Below are positions 29,093 through 32,000 of a stretch of 32,000 nucleotides of DNA, piece by piece. Source of the DNA: Cyanobium gracile PCC 6307 (GTDB taxonomy: Bacteria > Cyanobacteriota > Cyanobacteriia > PCC-6307 > Cyanobiaceae); contig NC_019675.1 in assembly GCF_000316515.1 (NCBI RefSeq), forward strand, positions 1,171,964-1,203,963, given 5' to 3'. Every line of letters begins with the position of its first letter. Positions within the stretch are counted from its first letter, which is position 1. The translations under genes were made by a program, and so were the position numbers. The notes beneath the pieces were generated by a model. The model worked only from the letters and a program-made list of their open reading frames with translations. It had not been told where the DNA came from and made no database searches.

Positions 29093-30432
29093 GGGTGCTG
29101 GTGCTCGCCCCTTCCGCCTACCTGCTCGGCGGCGTCCAGGACTGGCTGGCGAACCTGGTGCCGGGCCTGCGGGACGGTGGGCTGGAGGTGACCGTGGCGG
29201 TCCCCGACGGGGACCACCACCGTCATGGCCCCTACGCCCGGGCCTACCCGGCCCTGGCGGTCGAGGCGATCGCCAACCCCAGCGGCAGCGCCGAAGGCCG
29301 GATCCGCGCCATCGCCGCCCTGCTGGAGCGGCTGGACCCGGATCTCGTGCTTGGCGTCAACCTGGTCGATCTGTTCCCGGCGGCCCGGCGGGCCAGGTGC
29401 CGGGAGCGGTTCCATGGACGGGTGGTGATGACGCTGCATGCGCTGCAGGCGGAGTACTTCGACGATCTGCGCCTGCACGGCGCCGGCATCGACGCGGTGA
29501 TCGCCACCAATCGCCTGGCCTGCCGGCTGGCGAGCGGGCGGGGCGGGATGGATCCGGCCCGGGTGCTCTACGCCCCTTACGGCGTGCCGGTGCCGCCCTG
29601 GCAACTCCCTGGCGGCGATGCAGCCGCCACCCTGAAGCTGGCCTGGGTGGGCCGGCTGGAGCAGGAGCAGAAACGGGTGCACGATCTGCCGCCGCTGCTG
29701 GAGGCGCTGCAGGCCCGGGGCATCGAGGTCCGGCTCAGCATCGCCGGCGACGGCGAGGAGCGTCCGGCCCTGGAGCGGTCCCTGACCCCCTGGATCGAAC
29801 GGGGCAGCGTGCGGATGCTCGGCCATGTCGACCAGGGCCGGCTGGCGGCGGAGGTCTACGGCCATCACCATGCCCTGGTGATCACCTCCTCCTGGGAGAC
29901 GGGCCCGATCGTGGCCTGGCAAGCCATGGCCAGCGGCATGGCGGTGGTGAGCAGCCGCTATGTGGGAGCGGGCCTGGAGGGGGCCCTGGAGCAGGACGCC
30001 ACGGCCCTGCTGTTCCCCTGCGGAGACACGGACGCCGCCGCCGGCGAACTGGCGCGGCTGCGGGATCCGGCCCTGCTGGAGCGGCTCTCCAGGGCCGGTC
30101 ACGCCCTGGTGGCCCGTCGCTACAGCGGGGCGGCCGCCCTGGCCGCCTGGCGGCGGGCCCTTGATCAGGTGACGGCCCTGCCCCCCTTGCCGCAGGTCCA
30201 GGAGGAGCCGGCGCCGGCCCCGGCCGGACGGCTGGACCGCTGGCTGGGCCGCCAGCGGGGTGAGGACCTGCGCCGGCTGCTGGGGCTGCGCTTCCGCCAC
30301 GGCAGCGCCGGCAGCGAGTGGCCCCATTCCGGCGGCGATGGGGCTGTCGATGTTGCAGGCACCGGGGCCCAGGCCGAGGACCTGCTGGCGGCGGCGGCCC
30401 GCCTCGACGCTCCCGGTGCGTCCCATGGCTGA
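29089..30432 (+). CDS. Glycosyltransferase, GT-B fold (GT4-like)
   Basis: MRVLVLAPSAYLLGGVQDW, WVGRLEQEQKRV, LSIAGDGEER and ITSSWETGPIVAWQAMASGMAVVSS...TALLF. The start overlaps the upstream stop (ATGA). Confidence 0.8.
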   Translation: MRVLVLAPSAYLLGGVQDWLANLVPGLRDGGLEVTVAVPDGDHHRHGPYARAYPALAVEAIANPSGSAEGRIRAIAALLERLDPDLVLGVNLVDLFPAARRARCRERFHGRVVMTLHALQAEYFDDLRLHGAGIDAVIATNRLACRLASGRGGMDPARVLYAPYGVPVPPWQLPGGDAAATLKLAWVGRLEQEQKRVHDLPPLLEALQARGIEVRLSIAGDGEERPALERSLTPWIERGSVRMLGHVDQGRLAAEVYGHHHALVITSSWETGPIVAWQAMASGMAVVSSRYVGAGLEGALEQDATALLFPCGDTDAAAGELARLRDPALLERLSRAGHALVARRYSGAAALAAWRRALDQVTALPPLPQVQEEPAPAPAGRLDRWLGRQRGEDLRRLLGLRFRHGSAGSEWPHSGGDGAVDVAGTGAQAEDLLAAAARLDAPGASHG

Positions 30433-32000
30433 GGCGGCGGGGCCCACCCGGCGGGAGCGGCTGGGGGTGTGGCTGAAGGACCGGCTCCGCTACGAGTGGC
30501 TGCTGCGCCGTCCGGCACCGGCCCAGCTCGGCATCGCCAACCGCCGCGAACGGCTGGAGGCCGCCCCCGATGGATTCGGTCAGGCCTGTCTGTGGCGCTA
30601 CACCTCTCGCCTGCACGCGCCGGCCGTCCAGCCGGAGCTCGGCCGGCGCCTGCTGAGCCGCTGCCTGGCGGCGGCACCGATCCGGCGCCGGCCCACCCCC
30701 GGCTGGGCCGATGGGCCACCGGAGCTGAGCGTGCTGATCGGCCACCGGGGTACCGAGCGGCTGCCCCTGCTGCTGGCCACCCTCGAGTCCCTCGCCACCC
30801 AGGAGGGCGTCCGGCTCGAATGCCTGGTGATCGAGCAGGACAGCGAGCCCCGCATCGCCGACCGGCTTCCGGCCTGGGTGCGCCACATCCACGGCCCCCT
30901 GCCGGACCCCACCGCCCCCTACAACCGCTCCCACACCTTCAACCTCGGCGCCCGCGAGGCCCACGCCCCGGTGCTGCTGCTCCACGACAACGACATGCTC
31001 GTGCCCACCGGCTACGCCCGCCGCCTGCTGGAGCGGATCAGCCGGGGCTACGCGGTGGTGAACCCGAAGCGGTTCGTCTTCTACCTCGATGAGACCCACA
31101 GCGCGGCGGTGCTGGCCGGCTCGGGCGCCTATGACGCCAGGCCGGCGGAGGCGATCGTGCAGAACCTGGAGGCCGGCGGCTCGATGGCGATCACCGCCGA
31201 GGCCTACGCCGCCATCGGTGGGATGGATGAGGGCTTCGTCGGCTGGGGCGGGGAGGACAACGAGTTCTGGGACCGCTGCCTCACCCGGCCCACCTGGATC
31301 TGGGGCTACGAGCCGATCGTGCACCTCTGGCACCGGGGCCAGCCCCTCAAGCACCAGAAGGACAACCCCAACCTGGAGAGGGCCCGGGCCGTGATGCGGC
31401 GACCCGCCCTCGAGCGCATCGCCGCCCTGCGGCCCGCCCCGGTGAGCGGCCTGGTCAGCACGATCATCCCGGTCCACAACCGCGCCGCCCTGCTGCGCGA
31501 AGCGGTGGCCAGCGTGCTCGAGCAGGACCACCGGCCGATCGAAATCGTCATCGTCGATGACGGCTCCAGCGATGACACCGCCGCCGTGGCCGACGGGCTG
31601 GCCGCCGCCCATCCGCAGACCATCCGGGTGATCCACCAGCCCAACGGCGGTCCCGGTGCCGCCCGCCAGCGGGGCCTGGACTACAGCCGCGGGGAATTCG
31701 TCCAGTACCTCGACAGCGACGACCTGCTGCTGCCCGGCAAGTTCAGCGCCCAGGTGGGCGCCCTGCGGCGCTCCGCCGGAACCGGGATCGCCTACGGCCC
31801 CAGCCTGGAGGAGGACCACTCCCGGCGGCCCGTGGAACGGCGCGGCCCGATGCGGGCCACCGGGATCCCCCTGGAGCGGCTGTTCCCCCGGCTGCTGCTG
31901 GAGCGCTGGTGGACCACCAGCTGTCCCCTCTACCGGCGCGACCTGCTCGACCGCATCGGCCCCTGGCAGCCCTGGATCAACGAGGAGGACTGGGAGTACG
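30425..32000 (+). CDS. Two-domain GT-A glycosyltransferase (galactosyltransferase-like GT2 domain + classical GT2 domain), 3' end outside window
   Basis: Not in the supplied ORF track because it has no stop in the window. I translated all 525 codons from ATG 30425 to 32000 and found no stop. Domain 1 has LSVLIGHRGTERLPLL, LLLHDNDMLVP and GGMDEGFVGWGGEDNEFWDR. Domain 2 has VSTIIPVHNRAALLREAVASVLEQDHRPIEIVIVDDGSSDDT and QYLDSDDLLLP. ATG overlaps the upstream stop by 8 nt (ATGGCTGA). The listed 645-aa minus ORF 29882..31819 is its shadow. Confidence 0.82.
   Translation, partial: MAEAAGPTRRERLGVWLKDRLRYEWLLRRPAPAQLGIANRRERLEAAPDGFGQACLWRYTSRLHAPAVQPELGRRLLSRCLAAAPIRRRPTPGWADGPPELSVLIGHRGTERLPLLLATLESLATQEGVRLECLVIEQDSEPRIADRLPAWVRHIHGPLPDPTAPYNRSHTFNLGAREAHAPVLLLHDNDMLVPTGYARRLLERISRGYAVVNPKRFVFYLDETHSAAVLAGSGAYDARPAEAIVQNLEAGGSMAITAEAYAAIGGMDEGFVGWGGEDNEFWDRCLTRPTWIWGYEPIVHLWHRGQPLKHQKDNPNLERARAVMRRPALERIAALRPAPVSGLVSTIIPVHNRAALLREAVASVLEQDHRPIEIVIVDDGSSDDTAAVADGLAAAHPQTIRVIHQPNGGPGAARQRGLDYSRGEFVQYLDSDDLLLPGKFSAQVGALRRSAGTGIAYGPSLEEDHSRRPVERRGPMRATGIPLERLFPRLLLERWWTTSCPLYRRDLLDRIGPWQPWINEEDWEY

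Overview
This 32 kb window is high-GC DNA. Spot counts on single 60-nt lines give about 75% G+C in core genes and 47-57% in some patches. It looks like a picocyanobacterium of the Cyanobium / Synechococcus subcluster-5.2 type. That assignment is an inference from gene content (ZipN/Ftn2, a group-2 sigma factor, PDH E1-alpha, cyanobacterial-style Ffh and S16 tails) and from at least 6 copies of the HIP1 octamer GCGATCGC.

The layout has four parts:
- 1-1960: the end of a sugar-modification cluster, with a 5'-truncated radical-SAM/SPASM-like gene followed by glf.
- 1945-14600: a housekeeping block (mnmA, nnr, group-2 sigma factor, an orphan low-GC gene, pdhA, zipN/ftn2, ffh, rpsP, phoH, a split FUSC-like membrane gene, a BI-1/YccA-like gene, and a clear intrinsic terminator).
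- 14818-18084: nucleotide-sugar genes gmd-fcl-galE.
- 18038 to beyond 32000: a surface-glycan locus.

The glycan locus holds a secreted TIGR03790-like protein on the minus strand. It is divergent from an MsbA/PglK-type ABC half-transporter, which is followed by a tightly coupled operon: GT8, a Cys-less asparagine-synthase-like PP-loop enzyme, GT4, GT2, GT2-like, a GT-B-like protein, a GT-A-like protein, GT4, and a two-domain GT2. The two-domain GT2 runs off the window and is absent from the supplied ORF track.

I found no tRNA, rRNA, CRISPR array, transposase or integrase.

Most long minus-strand ORFs in the track are high-GC shadow ORFs. All family assignments come from motif recognition by eye; no database search was possible.
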